Shown here: positions 9,610-18,879 of the stretch, in pieces
Numbering within the stretch: position 1 is the first letter of the stretch
Layout of the letters: each line of letters opens with the position of its first letter
Made by a program: the position numbers and the translations under genes
Notes under the pieces: model-generated
Databases searched by the model: none
What the model was told of the DNA's origin: nothing
The model's input: only the letters and a program-made list of their open reading frames with translations
Origin: Candidatus Tectimicrobiota bacterium
GTDB taxonomy: Bacteria > JACPUC01
Length of the DNA stretch: 64,000 nucleotides
Assembly: GCA_016192455.1 (NCBI GenBank)
Contig: JACPUC010000006.1
Location: forward strand, 124,001 to 188,000
Reading direction: 5' to 3'

Positions 9610-12021
9610 CTAGGCTCCCCGCGAAGCCCGCCGCAGCGCCGCGTGGACCCTTTCCGGCGTCAGCGGCAAATCCGTCAGCACCACCCCGAGGTGGCGGAGG
9701 GCGTCATTCACGGCGTTCGTGATGGCGCCGGCGGGGGCGATCGTCCCCCCTTCTCCCATGCCTTTCAGGCCGCCCAGCGTGTGCGGCGAGGGGGTCTCGA
9801 GGTGGACGATGTCCGTCTCGGGCATCTCCATCGCCGACGGCACGAGGTAGTCCATGAAGCTCGCCGTGAGGAGCTGCCCGTGCTCATCATAGCGCAGGTG
9901 CTCGTAGAGCGCGCCGCCGATCCCCTGGGCGACGCCGCCCCAGACCTGCCCCTCGACGACGACGGGATTGATGACCTTGCCGCAGTCCTCGACGACGAGG
10001 TACTTCACGATGGAGACGTCGCCGGTGGCGAGGTCCACCTCGACGACGGCCGCGTGGGTGGCGTTGGAGGCCGTTCCCTCGTAGGGATCGTAGTAGCGCG
10101 TCGCGGTGAGGCCCGGCTCGAGGTCGCGCGGCAGCTTCTTGTTCAGGAAGTAGGCGGCGCGCGCCACCTCGGCGAGCTGCAGGAGGGGCTGGCGCTGCCC
10201 TTTCAGGTAAACCTGGCCGCGATGGAGGACGAGATCCTCAGGGTTGGCTTCGAGGAGGTGCGCGGCAATGCGCCGCAGCTTGGCGTTGAGGTCGCGCCCG
10301 GCGAGCATCGCCGCCCCGCCGCCGATGACCGCCGCGCGGCTGGCGAAGGTTCCCATGCCGTAGGGCGAGACGTCGGTATCGCCCTGGTGCACCGTCACGT
10401 CTTCAAGGCGCACCCCCACCTCATCCGCGACGACCTGGGCCAGCGTCGTCTCCAAGCTTTGGCCGTGCGAGGTGATGCCGAACTTCGCGGCGACTTTGCC
10501 GCTGGGGTCCATCTCCAGGCTTGCCGCGTCGCTCGCCGGGTTCTCCTCCAGCCCGGGGCCCGAGGGCGAGGCGGAGCCGAGCGCCGTGAGCTCGACGTAG
10601 CACGCCAGCCCGATGCCGCGGCAGCGCCCCTGGCGGCGCAGCTCTTCCTGTCGCCGGCGCTCCTCCGCGTAGTCGAGGTGCCGCAGCGCCGTCTCCAGGC
10701 AGGCGGGGTAGTCGCCGCTGTCGTAGACGAGGCGGCTGGCGGAGGTGTAGGGGAACTCCTCGGGGGTGAGGAGGTTGCGGCGCCGCACCTCGGCGGGGTC
10801 GAGGTCGAGGCGGCGGGCGATGAGGTCGATGGTGCACTCCATGGCGAACGTCGAGGCGGGGCGCGCCACGCCGCGGTACGGTCCCACCGGACACTTGTTC
10901 GTCGCCACGCCGTAGGTGGCGGCGTCGTAGTTGCTGATGCGGTACGGTCCCGGCAGGAAGCCGCCCGCCATGAGCGGCTCCATGGCCGCCGTCCAGGGCC
11001 AGACGTGGTAGGCCCCCACATCCACGACGATGCGCGCCCGCAGGCCGAGGATGACGCCCCGCCCATCGGTGGCGACCTCGATCTCATAGATGTGCTCGCG
11101 CGCATGGATGCTGCTCGTCAGGTCCTCGCGCCGGTCCTCCACCCACTTCACGGGCCGCCCGAGCAGGCGCGACGCGGCGCAGAGCGTCACCTCCTCCGGG
11201 AAGATGTGCCCTTTGATGCCGAAGCCGCCGCCCACGTCCGGCGCCACGACGCGCACCTGCGTCTCGGGGAGACCGAGGACCTCGGCGAGGCCCGTGCGCA
11301 GCAGGTGCGGAATCTGCGTCGAGGTCCAGAGGGTGAGCCGGCCGCCCCCCGGCGCGGAGTCGGCCACGGCGCCGCGCGTCTCCAGGGGCGCCGCCGTGTG
11401 CCGCTGCGTCGTGAAGCGCGCCGATAGGACGTGCGCCGCCTCGGCGAAGGCGCGCCGGCAGTCGCCGGCGCGGAAGTGGCGCGCCACGATGAGGTTGTCC
11501 GGCAGTTCCTCATGCAGGAGGGCGCTCTCCGGCAGCATGGCGGCTTCCATGTCGACCACCGGCGGCAGCGGCGCGTACTCGACGTCGATGAGCTCCAGCG
11601 CGTCCTCCGCGACGTAGCGGCTCGTCGCCGCCACCATGGCGAGGGCCTCGCCGACGAAGCGCACCTTCTCCGTGGCCAGGGGAGGGAGCCTGGTGGCCTT
11701 GAACTCCTTCAGGCGGGAGCGCGGAGAGATCGGCTTCACCAGCGCCGTCAGGTCCGCCCCCACGAGCACGCCCTCGACGCCCGGCAGGGCCTGCGCCGCC
11801 CGCACGTCGATCGCGGCGAGCCGCGCATGGGCGTGGGGACTGCGTAGGAACGCCGCGTGGAGCATGCGCGGCAGGACGATATCGGGCACGAAGCGCCCGC
11901 CGCCGCGCAGATGCCGCGGGTCCTCGAGGCGCTTCACGGCCGCCCCGACGTAGCGCGCCCCCAGGGCGCCATCGCCCGGTATGCCCGTGACCTCCTGGGT
12001 GCGCGGCTGTGGCTGCTGCAT
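9610..12021 (-). CDS. CoxL-like molybdopterin-binding large subunit (not a form I CO dehydrogenase)
   Basis: KRLEDPR, SPHAHA, DVGGGFG.K, active-site loop PYRGVAR (form I CoxL has AYxCSFR), GLKGMGEGG. Confidence 0.9.
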   Translation of the reverse strand: MQQPQPRTQEVTGIPGDGALGARYVGAAVKRLEDPRHLRGGGRFVPDIVLPRMLHAAFLRSPHAHARLAAIDVRAAQALPGVEGVLVGADLTALVKPISPRSRLKEFKATRLPPLATEKVRFVGEALAMVAATSRYVAEDALELIDVEYAPLPPVVDMEAAMLPESALLHEELPDNLIVARHFRAGDCRRAFAEAAHVLSARFTTQRHTAAPLETRGAVADSAPGGGRLTLWTSTQIPHLLRTGLAEVLGLPETQVRVVAPDVGGGFGIKGHIFPEEVTLCAASRLLGRPVKWVEDRREDLTSSIHAREHIYEIEVATDGRGVILGLRARIVVDVGAYHVWPWTAAMEPLMAGGFLPGPYRISNYDAATYGVATNKCPVGPYRGVARPASTFAMECTIDLIARRLDLDPAEVRRRNLLTPEEFPYTSASRLVYDSGDYPACLETALRHLDYAEERRRQEELRRQGRCRGIGLACYVELTALGSASPSGPGLEENPASDAASLEMDPSGKVAAKFGITSHGQSLETTLAQVVADEVGVRLEDVTVHQGDTDVSPYGMGTFASRAAVIGGGAAMLAGRDLNAKLRRIAAHLLEANPEDLVLHRGQVYLKGQRQPLLQLAEVARAAYFLNKKLPRDLEPGLTATRYYDPYEGTASNATHAAVVEVDLATGDVSIVKYLVVEDCGKVINPVVVEGQVWGGVAQGIGGALYEHLRYDEHGQLLTASFMDYLVPSAMEMPETDIVHLETPSPHTLGGLKGMGEGGTIAPAGAITNAVNDALRHLGVVLTDLPLTPERVHAALRRASRGA

Positions 12022-12095
12022 CACGGCGCTCCGGCACGAGACAATTGCATCACCTGCTGGTCACGAGGGGAAGACCCGCACCCGCCGCGCGCCCC

Positions 12096-13094
12096 TCACG
12101 GCCTGATGAGGGTTGCGGCGCGGGCATCCCAGAGGGCCTCCGGCAGGCCGCCGAGACCGGTGATCACGGCGCAGCGCCCGCCGCCGCGCACGAACTCGAT
12201 CGCCGCCTCAACCTTCGGTCCCATGCTGCCGGCGGGGAAATGGCCGGCCTCGAGGTACGCCTGCGCCTGGTCGGCGCGCAGCTCCCCGAGGCCGCGCTGC
12301 GCCGGGGTGCCGTAGTCGAGGTAGGCGCGCTCTTCGCCGGTGAGCATCGCCAGGTGCGTGGCGCCGATCTCGCGCGCCACGAGGGAGGAGGCGAGGTCCT
12401 TGTCGATGACCGCGTCGACCCCCTCGAGGCTGCCGTCGGCCAGCTCGCGGACGGGAATCCCGCCGCCGCCGACCGCGATGACGACATCGCCGCCGAGGAG
12501 CAGCCGACGGATGGACTCCCGCTCGATAATGGCGCGCGGTCGCGGCGAGGGAACCACGCGCCGCCAGCCGCGGCCGGGCGCCTCGACGAACTGCCAGCCG
12601 CGGCGCTGCTCGAAGGCCGCCGCCTCGTCGCGGCGGAGGTAGGGGCCGATCGGCTTCGTGGCGTGCTGGAACGCCGGGTCCGCCGCGTCCACGAGCACCT
12701 GCGTGATGAGCGTCACGACGTTGCGCCACAGGCGGCGGGCGTGCAAGCCGTTGATGATCGTCTGCTGCAGGAGGTAGCCGAGCGCCCCCTCGGTGTCGGC
12801 CACGCAGACGCCCAGCGGCAGCTCGGGGACGCGCCCGCGCGCCGCCTCCACCATGAGCAGCATCTGCCCCACCTGCGGCCCGTTGCCATGGGTGAGGAGG
12901 ACCGTCCAGCCCCGCTCGAGGAGATCGAGGATGCCGCGCAGGCTGCTGCGGATGTTGGCGAGCTGCTCGTCGATGCTGCCCTGCTGGCCGGGCTTGATGA
13001 GGGCGTTGCCCCCCAGGGCGAGCACGGCGGTGGACGGGGAGACCGTCGCCTCCGCGGGGGCCTCCTCAGGTGCCGGCTGAGAGACTCGTGTCAT
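12096..13094 (-). CDS. arcC: Carbamate kinase
   Basis: ALGGNA, THGNGPQVG, DPAF...TKPIGP, RRVVPSP.P, GGGGIPV, AVIDKD, GSMGPKVEAA. Confidence 0.96.
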   Translation of the reverse strand: MTRVSQPAPEEAPAEATVSPSTAVLALGGNALIKPGQQGSIDEQLANIRSSLRGILDLLERGWTVLLTHGNGPQVGQMLLMVEAARGRVPELPLGVCVADTEGALGYLLQQTIINGLHARRLWRNVVTLITQVLVDAADPAFQHATKPIGPYLRRDEAAAFEQRRGWQFVEAPGRGWRRVVPSPRPRAIIERESIRRLLLGGDVVIAVGGGGIPVRELADGSLEGVDAVIDKDLASSLVAREIGATHLAMLTGEERAYLDYGTPAQRGLGELRADQAQAYLEAGHFPAGSMGPKVEAAIEFVRGGGRCAVITGLGGLPEALWDARAATLIRP

Positions 13095-13144
13095 GCGACA
13101 GCGAACTCGCGCGTCCGTGGGATGCGGGAGAACCCACGGCGGCG

Positions 13145-14467
13145 CTAGAGGAGCGGCTTGAGGGCGTCGCGCAGGGTCGGCGCGCCAACTTCCTGCACCC
13201 CGTAGCGCGCCCGAATGATCGGCTTGTCGATGCGCAGGAGGCGTCCCAGGTCGATGGGAGTCCCCGCCACCACGAGGTCGCAGGGGGTGCGATTGATCGT
13301 CTCGCGCAGCTCGGCGATCTGGCGCTCGCCGTAGCCCATCGCAGGCAGCACCCCCTGGAGGTGCGGGTAGCGGCGCAAGGTCTCGACGATGGAGCCGGTC
13401 GCCCACGGTCTTGGGTCCACGCGCTCCGCCGCGCCGCCGCGCTCCGCCGCCAGCACCCCGGCGCCGAACGCCATGCCGCCGTGGGTGACGGTCGGCCCAT
13501 CCTCCACCACCAGCACGCGCTTGCCGCGCAGGCGCTCCCCCTCTTCTACCACGACCGGGGAGATGGCGTCGATGACCATGGCGCGCGGGTTCCAGGTCTC
13601 GATGCTCTGCTTCACCTGGCGGACCTGTTCCGGCCGGGCGCTGTCCTGTTTTGGCACGAGCAGGACGTGCGCCCGCAGCAGGTTGGCAAATCCGGGGTAG
13701 TAGGTCAACTCGTGGCCCGGGCGGTGTGGATCGACGAGGGTGATGTGGAGGCGCGGCTCGTAGAAGGGGAGGTCGTTGTTCCCTCCATCCCAGATGAGCA
13801 CGTCGCACTCCTGCTCGGCCTGGGCGAGGATGGCGCCGTAATCGACGCCGGCGTAGACGATGGTCCCCTCGGCGAGGTGCGGCTCGTACTCCTCGCGCTC
13901 CTCGATGGTGCAGTGCTGGGTATCGAGGTCGGCGAGGGAAGCGAAGCGCTGCACCCGCTCCGCCTCCAGGTCGCCGTACGGCATCGGGTGGCGCACGACG
14001 ATGACGCGCTTGCCGGCCTCCCGCAGGAGGGCGGCGACGCGCCGCGTCACGGCGCTCTTGCCGCAGCCGGTGCGCACGGCGCAGACCGCCACCACCGGCA
14101 CCGCGCTGCGCAGGGCATGGCGCGCGCCCAGGAGGGCGAAGTCCGCGCCCGCGGCCACGACGCGCCCGGCGCGCTGCATGACGTAGTCCGCCGGCACATC
14201 GCTGTAGGCGAAGACGACGAGCTCCACCTGCAAGCGCTCGATGAGCCGCTCGAGTTCGCTCTCGTCGAAGATCGGAATGCCGGCGGGGTATCCCGGTCCC
14301 GCCAGGCTCGCCGGATAGGTGCGTCCGGTGATGTTGGGAATTTGTGCCGCGGTGAAGGCGACGACATTGGAGGCCGGGTCGCCGCGGAAGAGGGTATTGA
14401 AGGTATGGAAGTCGCGCCCGGCGGCCCCCATGATGAGAACGCGCTTCGCTTCGGTGTGACGGTTCAT
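13145..14467 (-). CDS. COG2403 cyclic-2,3-diphosphoglycerate-synthetase-like P-loop enzyme; probable arginine synthetase (ArcE-like)
   Basis: IMGAAGRDFH.FN, AVRTGCGKS, RHPMPYG, CTIEEREEYEPH, WDGGNND, VEDGPT.THGGM, LPAMGY; adjacent to arcC. Confidence 0.82.
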   Translation of the reverse strand: MNRHTEAKRVLIMGAAGRDFHTFNTLFRGDPASNVVAFTAAQIPNITGRTYPASLAGPGYPAGIPIFDESELERLIERLQVELVVFAYSDVPADYVMQRAGRVVAAGADFALLGARHALRSAVPVVAVCAVRTGCGKSAVTRRVAALLREAGKRVIVVRHPMPYGDLEAERVQRFASLADLDTQHCTIEEREEYEPHLAEGTIVYAGVDYGAILAQAEQECDVLIWDGGNNDLPFYEPRLHITLVDPHRPGHELTYYPGFANLLRAHVLLVPKQDSARPEQVRQVKQSIETWNPRAMVIDAISPVVVEEGERLRGKRVLVVEDGPTVTHGGMAFGAGVLAAERGGAAERVDPRPWATGSIVETLRRYPHLQGVLPAMGYGERQIAELRETINRTPCDLVVAGTPIDLGRLLRIDKPIIRARYGVQEVGAPTLRDALKPLL

Positions 14468-14621
14468 GGCAGGTACTCGGCAGGGTGCTCGCGCGGGAAG
14501 CCCCCGCTGCCGCACCTTCCGGTCGCCGCGCTCTCCTCGACCAGGACGACGCGCGCCGCGCCGTCCTACTGGCGGCAGGCGCTCCTGCGCCGGCGGCCCA
14601 AGGCGCCGCGGCCCGCGCGGC

Positions 14622-16088
14622 TCAGGCCAAAAATTGCGCGATGCTCTCCAGCGCCAGGCTGCCGACGGCGATCTCCGGCGCCAGGACGCTCTCCTCGCTG
14701 CCCCAGACGAGCGTGGCGTGGCGCTCCCGCGAGATGCCCACAATGTCGTTGAAGAGGCGCAGGAAGTTATCGTTCACCCGCAGCGTATTGGGTTTCACGG
14801 GGCGGCTCAGCTTGCCGCCCTCGATGAGGTAGGAGTCCCCGACGATGGTGCCGGTGAAATCGCCCGGCCCCAGGCCGTGGATGGGGTAGGTGTACCACAG
14901 GCGGCCGACGTAGACGCCGCGCTCGATGCCGGCGAGCAACGCTTCGGGGGGCGCCTCGTTGTGGCCGCAGACGACGACGTTCGTCGGGAAGACCGTGGCG
15001 CGCCGCCGGAAGTCGCGCCCATTGTTGAAGCGGAAGCCGTTGCGCGGCGCGAACTCGCGCACGGGGCTGCGCAGCTTCTGCGAGGTGTAGTGATCGGCCA
15101 GGAAGCCGACGAGGCGGCCCTCCTCGATGAGGTCGGTGCGGCCCGTCGGCAGCCCCTCGCAGGTCACCTTCTTGCTGGCGATCTCGCCGGGGAGGGCGCC
15201 GTCGTCGTAGAGGCTCAGGCAAGGCGAGGCCACGCGCTCGCCCAGGCGGCCGCAGAAGGGACTGGCCTTGGCGTCGACGACATCGAGGCTCAGGGAGGGG
15301 ACGAGGAGGTTGCTCACCAGTTCCGTCACCGCCTGGCGCCCGAGCACGGCGGCGTAGCCGCCGGACGGCAGGCGCACGCCGCCGATGGTGTTGATGGCGC
15401 TCTGCGCGGCCTGGGCGCCGGCATCGCGGGGGGTGAACTTCGCCAGGTGCGTGGCGAGGCTCCAGCCGGTCCCCTTCACCTGCTCGCGCTCGATCATCGA
15501 GGTGATCGTCGCCATCAGGATGGTGGACTCGTCCGCCACGTCGATGCCCGTGGTGCTGACGATGGCCATGCGCTCCCGCAGCACGGTCACGTCGCCGTTG
15601 ACGATGAGCGTCTGCGTGAAGCCGGCGTCCTTGTACGTCAGCACGGCTCCCGACAGCGCCTGCCAGCCGAGATCGACGAGGGTCTCATCATCGAGCGCCA
15701 TGACCTGGGGGTCGTGGTAGTCCACCAGCCGTGGCGCCTCGGACGGCGGCTGGGGGAGGGAGTGGAAATCCGGGTCCAGCACGGCGTTGCGCGCCGCCTT
15801 CGTCACCGCCCGGTCCAGCCCGTCCGGCGTTAGACTCCCCACCTCGCTGCCGAAGCCGAGGCGGCGCTCCGTCCCGGCGCGGAAGACGGCCAGCACACCG
15901 ACGCCGAAGGAGGTGCTCGACTTCGGCTCGTGGACGCCGTTGCAGGGGATGTCGGAGGTGTAGTTCAGGCGGGCGATGAGCTGCTCATTGGCGGCCACGA
16001 ACAGTTCCGCCGCCTCCACGTCGGAACGCCGCCGCAGCCGCGCCAGGCCGTCGCGCGCGAAGCCCTGGAGTTCGTCGAGGGCGATCAA
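14622..16088 (-). CDS. PmbA/TldE-family protein
   Basis: TldD/PmbA fold features (DDG.LPG, EG.PT.R, G.FTG...YLIEGG), no HExxGH motif; start overlaps the tldD stop. Confidence 0.82.
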   Translation of the reverse strand: MIALDELQGFARDGLARLRRRSDVEAAELFVAANEQLIARLNYTSDIPCNGVHEPKSSTSFGVGVLAVFRAGTERRLGFGSEVGSLTPDGLDRAVTKAARNAVLDPDFHSLPQPPSEAPRLVDYHDPQVMALDDETLVDLGWQALSGAVLTYKDAGFTQTLIVNGDVTVLRERMAIVSTTGIDVADESTILMATITSMIEREQVKGTGWSLATHLAKFTPRDAGAQAAQSAINTIGGVRLPSGGYAAVLGRQAVTELVSNLLVPSLSLDVVDAKASPFCGRLGERVASPCLSLYDDGALPGEIASKKVTCEGLPTGRTDLIEEGRLVGFLADHYTSQKLRSPVREFAPRNGFRFNNGRDFRRRATVFPTNVVVCGHNEAPPEALLAGIERGVYVGRLWYTYPIHGLGPGDFTGTIVGDSYLIEGGKLSRPVKPNTLRVNDNFLRLFNDIVGISRERHATLVWGSEESVLAPEIAVGSLALESIAQFLA

Positions 16089-17662
16089 TGGGCACCTCCC
16101 GCGAGCCGGGCGCGTCCGCGCATCGTCGGGCCGCCGTTGCCGACGCGCATCGTCTGCATCGGCTGTCCCTTGCCGCAGTTCGGGATGGGGTAGACCTTGA
16201 AGTCGTTGCCCACGGCGTCGATGCTCATGAGGTAATCCTTCGAGTCCGCCGAGATGCCGCCGTTGCGGTAGAGCGTCGTCAGCTCGCCGCGCTCGATCTT
16301 GTAGACCTTGCGCGCCGTGATGCGGAAGTTCTCGCGCGACTCGCTGATCGACGGGATGCGATGCCCCGCCAGGTAGTAGCCCTCCTCCACCTCCCGCAAG
16401 ATCGAGTGCGGATCGCGCTCTCCCCCGGCGAAGACGGTGTTCGTCATGCGCACGAGCGGCACGTAGACCGGGTCGGTGGCGCGCATCGAGCCGTTCGGCT
16501 CCGTTCCCATGATGGCGGCCGACTCGCGGCTGTTCATGAAGCCGGTGAAGATGCCGCGGTCGATGTGGACGACGCGGCGGGCCTTCACCCCTTCAGCGTC
16601 GTACGCGTAGTGGCCGAACCCCTGCAGCGCCGGATCGGAGTAAGCGCTGACCAGCTCCGAGGCGACGCGCTGGCCGAGCATGTTCTGCCGCAGGCCGCCG
16701 TAGAGCCAGGTGCGGCCGGCGTAGCCGGTCTCCATCTTCAGGGCGCGGTCGGCCTCCACCGGATGGCCGACAATCTCGTGCACGAGGAGGGCATTGTAGT
16801 GCGGATCGGTGACGACGACGGCCTCGCCGAGGTCCGCCGGCAGCGGCGGCGCCTGCGCCAGCTCCAGGGTCTCCTCGGTGAGGCTTTGGGCGAAGTGGAG
16901 GAAATCCGTCCCCGCGACGTTCTCCCCGCGCAGCACCTCGTAGCCCTTCAGGTCGCCGAGGGTGTCGTAGTGAGCTTCGGGCGCGCCGCTGCCCGCCGCC
17001 ACCACGTAGAAGAAGCCGCGCGTCAGCGGGTAGGTCTGGTCGATGCAGGCGCCCTCGGAGCTGACGAAGAGCTCGCGGATGAGGCCGCTCGCCACCGCGG
17101 CGTGACTCGAGAGGACCCGGGGACTCAGCCCGGCGGCGCATTTCGTGGCCTCCACCGCCTCGCGCAGCATCTGCTCGCTCGGAATGCCGCGGGGGTCCTC
17201 GCGCCAGGGGAAGACGACGCTGTCCCGGCAGACCTCGACGCGCGCCAGGGTGGTGGAGTGCAGCGAGTTGCTCAGGGAACCGAAGAGGCGCTCGGCCTCC
17301 TGCTTGCGACGGGCATTGGCGATGGCGCGCTCGTAGGCGTGGCGCAGGCCCTCCGCGAGGACCTCCTGGAGGGCGTCCAGGCTGCCGCCGCCGAGCGCCT
17401 GGCCGAAGTAGCCCGGGGCGACCATTCCTTCTCGCCCACCCGCGCCCGCCAGGACGCGCACCCCGAACGACATCTCGGCGTCGTCGCCGCACTCCTTCGC
17501 CTTGCCGTCCTCGGCGGCGCCGTAGCGCGTCTCGCGCACCTCAAGGCGGACATCGGCGTAGGCGCAGCCTGGGCGACGGGCGGCGAAGTCCCGCACAAAC
17601 TGGGAGAGGCGTTCCTTCAGCTCGTCGATGACCTCGAGGCGCAGCGCGGATCGCTCGAGCAT
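16085..17662 (-). CDS. tldD: TldD-family metalloprotease
   Basis: HEIVGH.VEAD, YD.EG, RMTNT, CGKGQP.Q...VG.GGP. Confidence 0.9.
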   Translation of the reverse strand: MLERSALRLEVIDELKERLSQFVRDFAARRPGCAYADVRLEVRETRYGAAEDGKAKECGDDAEMSFGVRVLAGAGGREGMVAPGYFGQALGGGSLDALQEVLAEGLRHAYERAIANARRKQEAERLFGSLSNSLHSTTLARVEVCRDSVVFPWREDPRGIPSEQMLREAVEATKCAAGLSPRVLSSHAAVASGLIRELFVSSEGACIDQTYPLTRGFFYVVAAGSGAPEAHYDTLGDLKGYEVLRGENVAGTDFLHFAQSLTEETLELAQAPPLPADLGEAVVVTDPHYNALLVHEIVGHPVEADRALKMETGYAGRTWLYGGLRQNMLGQRVASELVSAYSDPALQGFGHYAYDAEGVKARRVVHIDRGIFTGFMNSRESAAIMGTEPNGSMRATDPVYVPLVRMTNTVFAGGERDPHSILREVEEGYYLAGHRIPSISESRENFRITARKVYKIERGELTTLYRNGGISADSKDYLMSIDAVGNDFKVYPIPNCGKGQPMQTMRVGNGGPTMRGRARLAGGAH

Positions 17663-18000
17663 TGCCCACCGCTCCTTTCTCCCCCGTGCGCCTCAGCCGG
17701 CGCGAGCAGGATGTCAGCCCCCTCCACCTTCACCTGGTAGGAGGCGACGCGCAGGCCCGGATCGAAGGTGCAGGCGCCGCTGCGCACGTCGAAGGACCAC
17801 ATGTGCCAGGGGCAGGTGACCTCGGCGCCGTTGAGGAACCCATCGGCCAGCGGACCACCCGCATGCGGGCAGGTGTTGTCGATGGCGTAGAACGAACCCG
17901 CCACCCTGAAGAGGGCCACACTGGTTTGACCATACTGCGCCATGATGCCGGCCCCCTCCGGGACCTCGTCTATTTCGGCGACTTTCACGAACTCAGCCAT
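17617..18000 (-). CDS. Rieske [2Fe-2S] ferredoxin
   Basis: MAEFVKVA...CPHAGGPL...CPWH.W.FD..SG; its 3' end overlaps the tldD start. Confidence 0.9.
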   Translation of the reverse strand: MAEFVKVAEIDEVPEGAGIMAQYGQTSVALFRVAGSFYAIDNTCPHAGGPLADGFLNGAEVTCPWHMWSFDVRSGACTFDPGLRVASYQVKVEGADILLAPAEAHGGERSGGQCSSDPRCASRSSTS

Positions 18001-18721
18001 GGAGGACTCCATACTCCCATGTCTCCAGGGGAACTCCACCCCGAGGCGGCATCCCTGAAGCTCCCCGTCCACGTCCGCTTGCGCCTGACGGCAGGACGAA
18101 ACACCGTCGCGGCGCGCCACGCCGCACCTTAGGTGGGGATGGCTCGATCGCATGTTCCGCCGCCCCACGCCTCCAGGATGCGCCGCTGCTTCCGGTGCTG
18201 GTTCGGGCGATTCCGCGACGCCCTGCGGTGGAGGGGGCATCCCTTCACCCCGCGGTCCGGGAAACCACCCTTGCGCCGGGTTCCTGTCCGCCCCGCCCCT
18301 GTTTCCGGCCCTGGATCACGCCGCAAAGTATAGGTGTTGACGGCTGCCCGGAAAAGGCCTTTCCGTCCGCAGCAGGTTGGCGGAGCCGCGCAGCCGCGCA
18401 GCGTGGCGCCATGGACCCAGCCCCTCATCGAGGCCGCGGCCCCCGCTGTCGCCGCCGGGGCGGGCGGCCCGGCGCACGTGCTGGGGCGGCGGCGGGTTGA
18501 GCCGGGGAGAGTTTCCGCGCGGTGCCGGCCGGGCGAGATCGGCGCAGACAGGTGGCGGCTGGCCGCGGCGGGCTGAAAGGAGAGGAGGCAAGGAAGGGCT
18601 TGACGGTGGGGCCGGAGGCTAAGCTAGAGAATACTGATGCGCACTTTCCTCGCACCGCCGCGGCGCCTCCCTCCATACCGCCCCCGGCTGCGCTGACATC
18701 TTGCTAAGTTCTCCTGGAACC

Positions 18722-18735
18722 TTGACGTTGATCAA
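18722..18735 (+). promoter_or_regulatory. FNR/CRP-family binding site
   Basis: TTGAC-GTTG-ATCAA, 9/10 match to TTGAT-N4-ATCAA; centred at -41.5 if TAAATT (18758-18763) is the -10 element. Confidence 0.68.
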
Positions 18736-18762
18736 GGAATTTCATGGAGCAGGGCCTTAAAT

Positions 18763-18781
18763 TCAAATGAGTGTCATTCTC
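18763..18781 (+). promoter_or_regulatory. Fur-like box upstream of the FTR1 operon
   Basis: TCAAATGAGTGTCATTCTC, 12/19 match to GATAATGATAATCATTATC, in an AT-rich patch upstream of an iron permease. Confidence 0.62.
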
Positions 18782-18879
18782 ACTTACGCTGCGGCGTCTG
18801 CTCCCCACCCTGGACCTTCCCACGCGCCGCCGCCAGCGGCAGGGTGGGAGAGGCAATCGCGTCGGCAAAGGGAATACCC

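Noticed and set aside
9610-12021. True aerobic CO dehydrogenase
   Set aside because: The active-site loop is PYRGVAR, not AYxCSFR, and there are no coxM/coxS or coxDEF genes.
18001-18330. Moco riboswitch or SRP RNA in the leader
   Set aside because: Only short words match (CCTAAG, GGAAGCAGC); the required flanking helices and motifs are not found.
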